Part shown: in pieces, positions 50,609 to 61,600 of the stretch
Numbering within the stretch: position 1 is the first letter of the stretch
Layout: each line of letters starts with the position of its first letter
NCBI GenBank assembly: GCA_947258875.1
Contig: CAMYKB010000001.1
Location: 120,037-184,036, forward strand
DNA from: an uncultured Gammaproteobacteria bacterium
Lineage (GTDB): Bacteria; Pseudomonadota; Gammaproteobacteria; CAMYKB01
DNA length: 64,000 bases
Direction of reading: 5' to 3'
Made by a program: the position numbers and the translations under genes
The notes under the pieces: model-generated
Databases searched by the model: none
What the model saw: the letters and a program-made list of their open reading frames with translations, nothing else
What the model was told of the DNA's origin: nothing

Positions 50609-51505
50609 TCAGTCAGTCCGCGCGACTATTCTATTCTCAATGCGACCGATACCTTCCACTTCGCATGTGACCACATCTCCCGGCCTGAGAAATTCGGGCG
50701 GTTTGCGCGCAAAGCCCACCCCGGCCGGTGTGCCAGTAGCGATAACTGTACCCGACAACAAGGTCATGCCTCGCGATAAGATGGAGATCGTGGTCGCCAC
50801 ATCAAAGATTTGATGTTGTGTGTTCGATTCTTGCTTGGTCACACTATTTACCAAGCAACGTAAACCAAGCCGTTGCGGGTCGGGAATCTCATCTTTGGTG
50901 ACTATCCATGGCCCCATCGGGCAAGCCCCATCCAGACTCTTGCCCAAAAAAAACTGTTTGTGGCGCTTTTGCAGATCGCGCGCCGAAATATCATTAATCA
51001 CGGTATAACCGAACACATGCTCTAACGCATCCTGAGGTGATATACCCCTTCCAGGCTTACCCACGATCACGCCCAGTTCGACCTCCCAATCCATCTCATC
51101 GGAAACCCTTGCGTCATGCAGAATATCACCATAAGGTGCATTTACGCTGCTAACCGCCTTGGTAAATACAATAGGATGTTCCGGCAAGTCCGCATCACGA
51201 CCGAAGGCGCCCGCCGATTCCTCGGCATGCTCGATATAATTCCAGCCTAGGCAGATAATATTTTGCCGGGGAACGGGTATCGGGGCCCGTAGTACAACGT
51301 CCATCAGTGGCACACAATCGTCTGCTGAAGTGGCCTCAACAAAATCGGACAGCTCCACCAGACCTTCATCACCCGCATCAATCAGCGCCTGCATGTTGTC
51401 GCGTCTACCGCGCCATAAACCCGACAGTGATGGCAGTATTACAGACTCACCTCTCACCACACCAAGATGCTCACGTTGCTTATAGAAACAACTTATCAAC
51501 TGCAT
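50609..51505 (-). CDS. Fumarylacetoacetate hydrolase family protein
   Basis: CLGWNYIEH, DWEVEL, NDISARDLQ, GKSLD and TGTPAGVG. Confidence 0.95.
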   Translation of the reverse strand: MQLISCFYKQREHLGVVRGESVILPSLSGLWRGRRDNMQALIDAGDEGLVELSDFVEATSADDCVPLMDVVLRAPIPVPRQNIICLGWNYIEHAEESAGAFGRDADLPEHPIVFTKAVSSVNAPYGDILHDARVSDEMDWEVELGVIVGKPGRGISPQDALEHVFGYTVINDISARDLQKRHKQFFLGKSLDGACPMGPWIVTKDEIPDPQRLGLRCLVNSVTKQESNTQHQIFDVATTISILSRGMTLLSGTVIATGTPAGVGFARKPPEFLRPGDVVTCEVEGIGRIENRIVARTD

Positions 51506-51746
51506 AGCGCCTTTCCCCTAGCGGAACCTGTACATCTTATGTCACGAACAGCGGCCATAATCAATAAGCGCCAGACCGCTAACACCGGGCTTGTAAACCC
51601 ACAAACCGCTCCACCGAAAGCAAACAATTGTTAAAAACACCAATGCCTGTGCGTTCACTTCGACTTTCTGTGCTAATTTCCTCCATAGACTTTCAGCCGC
51701 ATTGACAACTTTCAATGCATAACAGAACAACCACGAGGAAAATACG

Positions 51747-51953
51747 ATGGATAAGCTCATTGCTCTTGTTACCGAACGTGCCGGCATTTCTGAAGACCAG
51801 GCTGCCAGTGCAGTCAACACAGTACTTGGTTTCGTCAAGGATAAGCTGCCTGATTCAATCAGTAACAATTTTGACAGCATCATGGAAGGCGAAGCCGGTG
51901 GCGGCGCTCTCGACAGCCTAAAGGGCCTTGCTGGCAAATTCATGAATAAGTAA
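51747..51953 (+). CDS. Small DUF2267-like hypothetical protein
   Basis: GAGG RBS. LIALVTERAGISEDQA..AV.TVLGFVKDKLP. Confidence 0.8.
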   Translation: MDKLIALVTERAGISEDQAASAVNTVLGFVKDKLPDSISNNFDSIMEGEAGGGALDSLKGLAGKFMNK

Positions 51954-51980
51954 GCACTCTCAGAGAGAGTGTAGTCACCG

Positions 51981-52008
51981 AAGGGCCGCTGTAGCGGCCC
52001 TTTTTTAT
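51981..52008 (+). terminator. Intrinsic terminator
   Basis: AAGGGCCGCT-GT-AGCGGCCCTT followed by a T-run. Confidence 0.85.
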
Positions 52009-52064
52009 TGCTTAGCATTGATATACACCTGCCCTTCAATACCTGCATGGACTAATATCAATGC

Positions 52065-53366
52065 ATGGATCGTTTTAGCCTGCAGCCAACAGGGTCTGCC
52101 CTGTTACATAAACTGGTACACGTCAATGCACAGGAAGTTGCTGCATTGTTATGGTCCTTCCTCTACTTCTTCTGCCTGCTATGCGCCTATTATATTCTGC
52201 GTCCGTTACGCGAGGAAATGGCCATCGCGGGTGGCGTGGAAAACCTGCAATGGGTGTTTACCGGAACGTTTATTGTGATGTTGGCTGCGGTACCATTGTT
52301 TGGCATGGCGGCATCGCGTCTGCCACGCAGCAAGCTATTGCCAATTGTTTATCTATTCTTCATCGCCAATATCATGATTTTCTTTGCGCTGTTCCAGTAT
52401 GACGCAGTAAAGGTATACACCGCACGCGCCTTCTTTATCTGGACCAGCGTCTTCAACCTGTTCGTAGTCTCCGTATTCTGGAGCTTCATGACAGACATCT
52501 TCAGCAACAACCAGGGAAAGCGCCTATTCGGGTTTATTGCCGCCGGCGGCAGCATGGGCGCTATTACAGGTCCGTTAATAACGGCACAGCTGGCTGAGCC
52601 ATTGGGCCCAACCAATTTGCTACCAATTTCGGCGTTATTGCTGGCTATAGCGATGTTGTGTATCCGCGCGCTGTCACGCTGGAGCGTGCATCACGGTGAA
52701 CGGCGCGAGACCACGCGCATCTCGCATAAACCCATAGGCGGCAGCATCTGGGCCGGCATCAAGCAGGTCCTGGAATCGCCTTTTCTCATGGGCATATGCC
52801 TGTTTATCTGGTTATACACGACGCTGGCAACATTTCTGTATTTCTCCCAGGCCCATATCATTGCTGAAACCTTCGACGATCCGGCACAGCGTACTACCCT
52901 GTTTGCGTGGATCGACCTGGCTGTCAATAGCCTCACGGTCATCACACAACTCGCCTTAACCGGCCGGCTCATGAAATGGCTGGGGCTGCCAATGATACTG
53001 GCATTGGTACCCGTACTGACCGCCGCCGGTTTTATGGGCCTGGGCCTTGCGCCCGTGTTGCCCATGCTGCTCAGTGTGCAGGTAATGCGCCGCGCAGGTA
53101 ATTTTGCCCTTACCCGGCCAGCACGCGAAATCCTGTTCACTGTTGTCAACCGCGAGGCCCGATACAAGGCCAAGAACTTTATCGACACAGTCGTTTACCG
53201 TGGCGGCGACGTCATCAGCGGCTGGGTATTTGTCGGCCTCAAAAGCCTCGGCCTCGGCCTGTCGTCCATCGCTTTGTTAGCCGTGCCTCTTGCACTGCTA
53301 TGGGCTTTCGTCGGCTGGTCACTGGGAAACAAGCAGGAGCGCCTCAAAACAGATGCAGAACCCTGA
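52065..53366 (+). CDS. MFS transporter, TLC/NTP-NDP exchanger-like
   Basis: YYILRPLRE, SVFNLFVVSVFWSFM, KRLFGFIAAGGS and RPAREILFT...YKAKNFIDTVVYRGGD. Confidence 0.92.
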   Translation: MDRFSLQPTGSALLHKLVHVNAQEVAALLWSFLYFFCLLCAYYILRPLREEMAIAGGVENLQWVFTGTFIVMLAAVPLFGMAASRLPRSKLLPIVYLFFIANIMIFFALFQYDAVKVYTARAFFIWTSVFNLFVVSVFWSFMTDIFSNNQGKRLFGFIAAGGSMGAITGPLITAQLAEPLGPTNLLPISALLLAIAMLCIRALSRWSVHHGERRETTRISHKPIGGSIWAGIKQVLESPFLMGICLFIWLYTTLATFLYFSQAHIIAETFDDPAQRTTLFAWIDLAVNSLTVITQLALTGRLMKWLGLPMILALVPVLTAAGFMGLGLAPVLPMLLSVQVMRRAGNFALTRPAREILFTVVNREARYKAKNFIDTVVYRGGDVISGWVFVGLKSLGLGLSSIALLAVPLALLWAFVGWSLGNKQERLKTDAEP

Positions 53367-53421
53367 AACTGTGCCACACTCTAAGGAACCTCAAAATAAT
53401 GTCATTCTTAGGCAGGCCAGC

Positions 53422-54363
53422 ATGAAGAAAAACCTGAATACAGTGATACCTCTATCACGCCGCGACCTCCTCAAGTGGATATTGGCTGCAAGCGGCTCCG
53501 CTATGCTTGGCAACAAAGCCAGCGCCGCACGCCTGCCTGCCATCACACGCACCATAGCCTCCAGCAGTGAGACCATTCCTGTTGTTGGCTTGGGAACATC
53601 ACGCACCTTCAATGTAGGAACCTCAGCGGATGAACGTGCGGCGATTAAAGAAGTCCTTAAGTTATTCGTCACAAACGGCGGCAGCATTGTCGATAGCTCA
53701 CCCATGTACGGCGAAGCGGAACGCGTAGTCGGTGATCTGTCCGTGGAACTGAAAATTCAGGACAAACTATTTCTAGCGACCAAGGTCTGGACCGAAGGGC
53801 GTGACGCCGGCATTGAACAAATGAAGACATCGATGCGGCTATTGCACACCAACAAAATTGATCTCATGCAGGTTCATAATCTGGTTGACACGAAGACACA
53901 TCTAAAAACCCTGCGTGACTGGAAAGAAAAAGGCCTCATCCGCTATATTGGAATTACTCATTACCGCGTTGATGCACATGCCGCATTGGCGAAAGTTATC
54001 CGCAAGGAACCACTCGATTTTGTGCAATTCAATTATTCGATCGTCACTCGCGACGCCGAGCAAACCCTGCTACCTTTGTGCCGAGACAGGGGAGTTGCTA
54101 CTATGATTAATAGACCTTATGAAAGGGGCGCACTATTCGCCAAGGTTAATGGCCAGGAGCTACCGGAGTGGGCGCAGGAATTTGATTGTTCAAGCTGGGG
54201 ACAATTTTTTCTTAAATTTATACTCTCCCACCCGGATGTGACCACGATCATCCCGGCCACCAGCAAGACAAAACATCTGCTCGATAACATGCAGGCCGGT
54301 GTCGGCCGCCTGCCTGACACCACGACCCGCGAACGCATGGCAAAGTTCGTAATGGAATTTTAA
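53422..54363 (+). CDS. Aldo/keto reductase with Tat signal
   Basis: SRRDLLK, GLGT, DSSPMYG, ATKVW, DLMQVHNL and IPATSK. Start set at ATG 53422. Confidence 0.92.
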   Translation: MKKNLNTVIPLSRRDLLKWILAASGSAMLGNKASAARLPAITRTIASSSETIPVVGLGTSRTFNVGTSADERAAIKEVLKLFVTNGGSIVDSSPMYGEAERVVGDLSVELKIQDKLFLATKVWTEGRDAGIEQMKTSMRLLHTNKIDLMQVHNLVDTKTHLKTLRDWKEKGLIRYIGITHYRVDAHAALAKVIRKEPLDFVQFNYSIVTRDAEQTLLPLCRDRGVATMINRPYERGALFAKVNGQELPEWAQEFDCSSWGQFFLKFILSHPDVTTIIPATSKTKHLLDNMQAGVGRLPDTTTRERMAKFVMEF

Positions 54364-54505
54364 TTACATACGGATCATGCCGGCAGCATATCCCTGCATC
54401 CACGAACATGGCTAACCCGTATCCTTGAGGAAGGACCTCTATACTTTGCGCTCCATTACCTAAACTGTTCTACTGATCATGATAATAACCCAAGAAAAAT
54501 GATTC

Positions 54506-55966
54506 ATGGCAGATCATAAGTTCGTCAAACCCAAACATTTTAACTGCAACCTTGTGGTTATCGGCGCGGGTTCCGCGGGACTGGTCAGCGCCTATATCGC
54601 AGCCGCGGTCAAAGCCAAGGTAACGCTCATCGAAAAAAACAAAATGGGAGGCGATTGCCTGAATACCGGCTGCGTACCTTCCAAGGCCCTGTTACGCTCT
54701 GCAAAATTTCTATCGCATGTAAAACGCGCCAAGGAATTCGGGTTTAAATCTGCCAATGCCGAATTCGATTTCGCCGACATCATGCAACGGGTGCAGCGGG
54801 TCATCAAGACCATAGAACCGCATGATTCCGTTGCACGCTATACCAAACTGGGGGTCGAGTGCATTACTGGTGAAGCGCGCATTACCTCACCCTGGTCTGT
54901 CGAGGTCAACGGCCAGGCCCTGACAACCCGCAGTATCATTATCGCTGCCGGCGCCCGGCCCTTTGTGCCACCGATACCGGGTATCGACGAGGTGGGTTAC
55001 TACACCTCCGATAATATCTGGGACCTACGTGAACTGCCGAAACGCCTGGTAATTCTCGGAGGCGGGCCGATTGGTTGCGAACTGGCGCAGGCGTTTGCGC
55101 GGTTTGGCAGTGAAGTCAGTCAGGTTGAAATGCTGCCCCGGATCATGTCACGCGAAGACGCTGATATCTCCGAGATGGTAACGCAGCGCTTTCACAGCGA
55201 AGGGATCAATGTACTCACTGATCACAAGGCCAAACAGTTCATCAAAGAAAATGGCCGCAAGATCATGATTTGTGAACACCAGGGCAAGGATGTCCATATC
55301 GAGTTCGACGAAGTGCTGGTAGCGGTTGGTCGCAAGGCGAATACGGAGGGTTATGGACTGCAGGAAATCGGCGTAGCGATAAGTCAACGTGGCACGATTG
55401 CGACCAATCGCTACCTACAAACCAACTACCCCAGCATCTATGCCTGTGGCGATGTCGCAGGGCCCTATCAGTTCACACATACCGCAGCACATCAGGCCTG
55501 GTATTGTGCAGTCAATGCACTGTTCGGGGTTAAAAAATTCAAGGCCGATTATTCTGTGATCCCCTGGGCCACCTTCACCGAACCCGAGGTGGCACGTGTC
55601 GGCCTCAACGAGCTGGAGGCCAAAGAGCAGGGCGTTGATTACGAAGTTACTACCTACGGCATCGACGACCTGGACCGCGCCATTGCAGAAGAAGAAGCCC
55701 ATGGCCTGGTCAAGATACTGACTCAGCCAGGCAAGGACAGGATACTGGGCGCCACTATCGTCGGCGAACATGCGGGCGATTTGATTGCCGAATATGTAGC
55801 TGCGATGCGCCACAACCTTGGGCTGAACAAGCTACTCGGCACCATACATATATATCCTACGCTGGCCGAAGCCAATAAATTCGCTGCCGGTGCCTGGAAA
55901 AAGGCGCATGCACCGGAAAGCTTGCTACGCTGGGTGGAACGCTTTCACGACTGGCGCCGCGGATAA
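54506..55966 (+). CDS. Class I pyridine nucleotide-disulfide oxidoreductase (MerA/DLD-like)
   Basis: GAGSAG, GGDCLNTGCVPSK, GGGPIGCE, FTEPEVARVG and HIYPTLAE. No C-terminal Cys-Cys. Confidence 0.92.
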   Translation: MADHKFVKPKHFNCNLVVIGAGSAGLVSAYIAAAVKAKVTLIEKNKMGGDCLNTGCVPSKALLRSAKFLSHVKRAKEFGFKSANAEFDFADIMQRVQRVIKTIEPHDSVARYTKLGVECITGEARITSPWSVEVNGQALTTRSIIIAAGARPFVPPIPGIDEVGYYTSDNIWDLRELPKRLVILGGGPIGCELAQAFARFGSEVSQVEMLPRIMSREDADISEMVTQRFHSEGINVLTDHKAKQFIKENGRKIMICEHQGKDVHIEFDEVLVAVGRKANTEGYGLQEIGVAISQRGTIATNRYLQTNYPSIYACGDVAGPYQFTHTAAHQAWYCAVNALFGVKKFKADYSVIPWATFTEPEVARVGLNELEAKEQGVDYEVTTYGIDDLDRAIAEEEAHGLVKILTQPGKDRILGATIVGEHAGDLIAEYVAAMRHNLGLNKLLGTIHIYPTLAEANKFAAGAWKKAHAPESLLRWVERFHDWRRG

Positions 55967-56043
55967 TTTATGCTGCATCTCCAATTATTTACAGCACATA
56001 GTGAACACAATAATAATTTCCAATACGGGGGAGGAATACAGCT

Positions 56044-57429
56044 ATGTTCGCACCGGCATCAGCGATTTATTTCTGGGGATTTCTGGGCATATACGGCATC
56101 GTCATGTATGTCATCTCACCAAAGGCACATACGATAAGCGGATTCTTTGAGGGTACCGACGAACAGGGCCACGCCGCATCCACATGGTCATTAACCGCCA
56201 GCATCTTTATCAGCTGGATCTTCGCCAAATCGGTGACCAATGCCGCCAACCTCGGCGCAAGTTACGGCATCGTCGGCGGCCTCGCCTATGCGGCCTACTG
56301 GCTCTCGATACCAGTTGCCGGCATCGTGATCTACCGCTTGCGAACACATTACGGTGCCAAAGGCCTAGTGTCATTCCTGATCGGCAAATATGGCCGCCTG
56401 GCTGCACTGGCATTCGCTTTAGCGATTCTGGTACGGCTGTATAACGAGATCTGGAGCAATACCGCGGTGATCGGTGGATACTTTGGCCAGCCCGGCGAGG
56501 CGCCTTTCATTATTGCCGCATTCTGTTTCACGGCTGTGACATTGCTATACAGCATCAAGGGTGGTCTACGCAGCTCAATCTTTACCGACGTGATCCAGGC
56601 GGTTATCTTTGTGTTTTTTCTCGCCCTGGTACTGTTTATTATTCTCCCCAAACACGGCGCAGCTGCATTGCTGACGTCCGGTGAATTCAGGCTCAATGCC
56701 GGCGTGGATCTTTTGCTGGTCGCGCTACTGCAAATCTTCAGTTACCCCTTCCATGACCCGGTATTGACTGACCGCGGTTTTATCACCGAAGAAAAAGCGA
56801 TGTTACGATCCTTCATCGTCGCCGGCATCCTCGGTTTTTTCTGCATTCTGGCATTCAGCCTGGTCGGTGTGCACGCCTATATTGAGGGCATTGCGGCCGC
56901 AGGCAATGCGCCTGCTGCGGTAGCGCGCGCCTTTGGTGTGACGGCATTGTTTGTGATGACCGTGATCATGATGACGTCGGCAGGATCTACATTGGACTCC
57001 ACCTTCAGCTCGCTGGCTAAAACGATTGCGCAAGATGTCCCGTTGCTCGCCAGGATGACACCGCATTTCAACCCTGTGCGCGTTGGCATCCTGGTGATGC
57101 TGGTGTTCGCTATTCTGGGCAACCTGCCGATGGTTGCCGGCACCGACATCCTCAAGGCTACCACCGTCAGCGGCACCATGGTAATGGGTCTGGCACCGGT
57201 TTTTCTGTTGCAACGCTGGGCACAGTACTCGCCCTGGAGTTTCCATTTAAGTTTCTGGCCGGGATTCGCACTCGGCATACTGTTGGCCACTGGCCATATC
57301 CCGCCAGCCTGGGCTATCGGCGAAGGCAAATACGCGTTACTCCTGGGCACCAATCTCTACGGACTGTGCATCTGTACCGCAGGTTTCATGCTACCGCTGA
57401 TACTCTCGCACCGAACTCGTCAAAGCTGA
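56044..57429 (+). CDS. Sodium:solute symporter-like membrane protein
   Basis: ISWIFAKSVTNAANLG, GGLRSSIFTDVIQ, FSYPFHDPVLTDRGF and SAGSTLDSTF. Confidence 0.88.
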   Translation: MFAPASAIYFWGFLGIYGIVMYVISPKAHTISGFFEGTDEQGHAASTWSLTASIFISWIFAKSVTNAANLGASYGIVGGLAYAAYWLSIPVAGIVIYRLRTHYGAKGLVSFLIGKYGRLAALAFALAILVRLYNEIWSNTAVIGGYFGQPGEAPFIIAAFCFTAVTLLYSIKGGLRSSIFTDVIQAVIFVFFLALVLFIILPKHGAAALLTSGEFRLNAGVDLLLVALLQIFSYPFHDPVLTDRGFITEEKAMLRSFIVAGILGFFCILAFSLVGVHAYIEGIAAAGNAPAAVARAFGVTALFVMTVIMMTSAGSTLDSTFSSLAKTIAQDVPLLARMTPHFNPVRVGILVMLVFAILGNLPMVAGTDILKATTVSGTMVMGLAPVFLLQRWAQYSPWSFHLSFWPGFALGILLATGHIPPAWAIGEGKYALLLGTNLYGLCICTAGFMLPLILSHRTRQS

Positions 57430-57589
57430 ACATACCGGACCCCGGTAAGGTAAATGTAGCCCCTTGCGGAAGCGTCGCAAGGCAGATAGCCTAGGGTGCC
57501 GGATCGTTAGGGAGCATTGACGATGCTCGGTACACCAATAAGAATAGCTGGCCTATGATTTGCGCCCGGACGCAAAGGAAACGTCGAAT

Positions 57590-58684
57590 ATGTTGTTAAC
57601 AACATGCCCATCACGCCGGGCTTATCACTCGATAGTGCATTTCGCCTACGGCCTGATGCTGCTTGCAGCGCCCGCAATCGAGGCCGCACCACCTGGACCT
57701 CCGCCCGCACCCGTCATTGTCACCGATGCCGTTGAACGTGAAATGGCGCCCTTTGCATGGTTTGCGGGCACGATCATCAGCCGCAACGATGCGCGCCTGT
57801 CTGCCGAAGCCGATGGCCGACTGCTGTGGGTTGCCGAGGTCGGTGATATCGTAACCAAAGGGGATGTGGTTGTACGCATCGACGATACTCTGATACGTCA
57901 AGATCTAAGCGCACAGCAAGCCGCTGTTGCGCGCGAACGTGCGCGCCTGGCTTACCTCAATCAGGAGGTGAAACGCCTACAAAAGTTGGTACGCCAGAAC
58001 AGCGCCTCGCAGAGTACTCTCGATGAGAACATATCCAATCAGGCTGTCACACGTAACGAGCTTAAGGCGGCGCAAGCGCGCGTAGAACAGACCCAGGAAC
58101 ACCTAAACCGCTCTCAAATACGTGCACCGTTCACTGGCGTTATCACGGAGCGCAGCCTGCAGGCTGGTGAATGGGCCAATAGTGGTGACAGTGTCGTGCG
58201 TATCGTCGATACCGGCTCGATGGAAGTGCAAACCCGAGTGCCGGTGGACTCATTATCCTTTATCAAACCAGGAAACGTACTGAACCTGAAGTTAGCCAAT
58301 GGCCGTCAGGGAAAGGCTGCGGTACGCACCATCGTCCCTGTTGGTGACGACCAGTCGCGTTTATATGAATTACGTCTAACACTTGTCGAAAATGGCTGGC
58401 TGGCTGGGCAAACAGTACAGGTGGCCGTACCGACTGCTGCAACACGCAAGGTCATTGCGGTGCCGCGTGATGCACTGGTGTTACGGCGCGACGGGGCGCG
58501 GGTATTTCGTATCAAGGATGACAATACAGCCGATCCGGTAGGTGTCGAGACTGGTGTTGCTGTTGGCGACTACATCGAGGTCCAGGGCGGCATCAAATCC
58601 GGTGACAGGGTCGTAATCCGTGGCGGTGAACGCCTGCAACCCGGCCAGATAGTACAACCGAATTCCAGCCTTATGGCACAATGA
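57590..58684 (+). CDS. RND membrane-fusion (periplasmic adaptor) protein
   Basis: AEADGRL...GDIVTKGD, IRAPFTGVI and VPRDAL. Overlaps the permease start (ATGA). Confidence 0.93.
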   Translation: MLLTTCPSRRAYHSIVHFAYGLMLLAAPAIEAAPPGPPPAPVIVTDAVEREMAPFAWFAGTIISRNDARLSAEADGRLLWVAEVGDIVTKGDVVVRIDDTLIRQDLSAQQAAVARERARLAYLNQEVKRLQKLVRQNSASQSTLDENISNQAVTRNELKAAQARVEQTQEHLNRSQIRAPFTGVITERSLQAGEWANSGDSVVRIVDTGSMEVQTRVPVDSLSFIKPGNVLNLKLANGRQGKAAVRTIVPVGDDQSRLYELRLTLVENGWLAGQTVQVAVPTAATRKVIAVPRDALVLRRDGARVFRIKDDNTADPVGVETGVAVGDYIEVQGGIKSGDRVVIRGGERLQPGQIVQPNSSLMAQ

Positions 58685-61600
58685 TCTTTACTCGCCTCGC
58701 ACTAAGCAATCCTGTCGCCACACTGGTGGCGGTACTGCTCGCCGCCCTATTCGGTATCATCAGCCTGGACCGCCTGCCCATACAACTAACGCCGGAGGTT
58801 GAGGTCCCCGAGATCACTATCAACACCACCTGGCGCGCCGCGGCACCTGAAGAAGTCGAGGCCGAGATTATCGAGCCGCAGGAAGATGTACTGCGCGGCT
58901 TGCCGGGCATGACCGAGATGCTCTCTACTGCAAGCCGCGGTTCGGCAAGCATCACTGTTAAATTTGCGATCGGCACTGAGCTGCAACGCGGCCTGATCGA
59001 AGTCCTCAACCGCCTAAATCGTGTCCCGCGTTACCCTGACGACGCCGATGAGCCGACACTGAGCACGGTCGGCGGTAACAGTCAGCCCATTGCCTGGTTC
59101 ATTATCAAACCCGATACCGGCAATGAGCGCGACATCGCCAGCTATCAGGATTATGTCGAAGAAGTCATCCAAACCCGCTTCGAGCGGGTACCCGGCGTCG
59201 CCCGCTCGGAAGTGTATGGCGGACGCAAACGCGAAATCCGTATCACCTTCGATCCCTACAAAGCGGCCAATGTCGGCATGCAACTGCCTGTCGCTGCCGC
59301 GCTTGCTGGCGGTAATGAGGATATCTCCGGTGGGTTTATCGACGTCGGCAAGCGCCGCTACACCCTGCGGTTTACCGGCGCCTTCAACGCACAGCAGCTC
59401 GGCGAAATGGTACTCGACTGGCGTGACGGCAGACCAATACTGTTACGCGACATCGCCGACATCGATGTCCGCCTGCAGGATAAACAGGCCTTTGTCATCA
59501 CACAGGGCAGCGGCGCCATTGCCGTGAATGCCCAGCGTGAGATTGGCGTCAATGTCCTGGATGTTATGAACGGCTTGCAGGATGCGGTGGTTGAGCTACG
59601 CGAAGGCCCACTGGCCCATGCTAATCTCACCATAGAACAGGTCTACGATGAAACCATTTATATCTATCGTTCCATCAAAATGCTGCGCAATAATCTGGGA
59701 CTCGGAATCCTGCTCGCCATCGGGGTGTTGTGGTGGTTCCTGCGCCGCCTGCGCGCCACCCTGATCGTAGCGGCCGCCATTCCTATTTCGATTCTGGCAA
59801 CGTTTATTATTCTTGGTAGCGCCGAACGTACAGTAAATGTCATCTCGCTTGCCGGCCTCGCCTTCGCAACCGGTATGGTACTCGACGCTGCCATTGTGGT
59901 TCTGGAAAATATCGTACGCCTGCATGAGCGCGGCGAAACCAACGAGCAGGCATCACTGCATGGCGCAACCCAGGTGTGGGGTGCCTTGTTGGCCTCGACC
60001 GCCACTACGGTCGCCATCTTTTTACCAGTAGTGTTTCTCGAAGACGAAGCTGGTCAGCTGTTTGCAGATCTCGCACTCACTATTGCGAGTGCCGTTATTT
60101 TCTCATTGATCGTGGCGCTAACGGTCATACCAACAGCCGCCATGATAGGCACTAAAAATCTTGACCTGCATGATCCGCACCACGCGTGGTGGGAGAGGCT
60201 CACCACAGGAATAATGGGAATAACAAACACCGCCTCGCGCCGCAGCATGTGGATAGTCATTCTACTTACGATACCTCTGTTACTCATCTGGGCGTTCGCA
60301 CCCAAGGCAGACTATTTACCCGAAGGTAACCGCAACCTCGTGTTCGCCTTCATCGTTCCACCTCCCGGCGTCAACATCGATAATATCCAAGAGGAAATGG
60401 GTACGGTCATCGCCGAGCGTATTGCACCCAACCTGGCTGGCGAAGCACAGCCCGCGATCAAAGAGTATTTCTTCGTCGCCTTCCCGGGTGGCGTATTTAT
60501 GGGCGCACGTGCTCAGGACGACAACCGGGCCGCCGAACTCGTACCGCTTATCCAAACCGCTGTGGGTGGCTTTCCGGATACGATTGCATTTGCCTTTCGC
60601 GCGTCTTTGTTTGGCGGCTTCGGTGAAGGCCGTAATATCGACATGAACATCCAGGGCCGCAACATCGAAGATATCATCAAGGCGGCACAGGTTGGCTTTG
60701 GCGTCACCAGCCAGGCGATACCGAACTCGTCTATACGACCCTTCCCAAACCTTGAGCTCGCCGAACCCGAGTTACGCCTGGTGCCCGATGAACGCCGCCT
60801 GCGCGAGGCCGGCTGGGACCGCGGGACCATGGCGCAGGTGGTACGTGCGCTGGGAGACGGACTGTTCGTAGGTGATTACTTCGATGGCCAGGACCGCCTC
60901 GACATCATCGCGCGCGTGCAGGACTGGTCGACCCCGGAAGACCTGGCTTCGATTCCGCTCGCCACACCGAATGCCGGCGTCTTACCCGTTGGCGAACTGG
61001 TCAGCATCCAACGTACCGCGGGCCCCGATCAAATTCGGCGCCTCGACCGGCGCCGCACTGTTACGTTGCAAATTACGCCGCCGGAAGGCATGCCACTGGA
61101 AGATGCAATTACCATGATCAAGGAAAAAGTCGAACCCGTGGTTTCGGGGTTACTGCCCGAAGATGGCGCTATTCGTTATAGCGGCACCGCCGACAAACTG
61201 GATACGGCACTTAAAAGCATGGGCGGCAGCTTTGTGCTTGCGATCGCTATCCTTTACTTACTCATAAGCGCATTGTTCCGCTCGTTCCTGGATAGCTTGA
61301 TCGTATTATTGATACTGCCATTGGCGACTGTAGGCAGCGTCATCTCGTTGCGGCTGGTTAACCTGGTCACCTTCCAACCGATGGACCTGCTGACCATGAT
61401 TGGTTTTATTATCCTGTTGGGACTCGTCGTTAATAATGCGATTTTGTTAGTCCACCAGACACGCGCCGCGGAACGTGCAGGACTGGCACGCCGCGATGCC
61501 GTTGAGCAAGCCGTACACCTGCGTTTACGTCCCATCCTGATGACTACACTCACCAGCATCTTTGGTATGTTGCCCTTGCTACTGATACCCGGCGCCGGTA

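Noticed and set aside
54506-55966. merA or lpdA assignment
   Set aside because: No C-terminal Cys-Cys or mer operon for merA. No HPTxxE motif or dehydrogenase-complex genes for lpdA.
57430-57590. Riboswitch or ncRNA upstream of the RND adaptor (short hairpins, GGACGCAAAG)
   Set aside because: The c-di-GMP-I P1/P2 architecture could not be built. The hairpins are short and may be chance.
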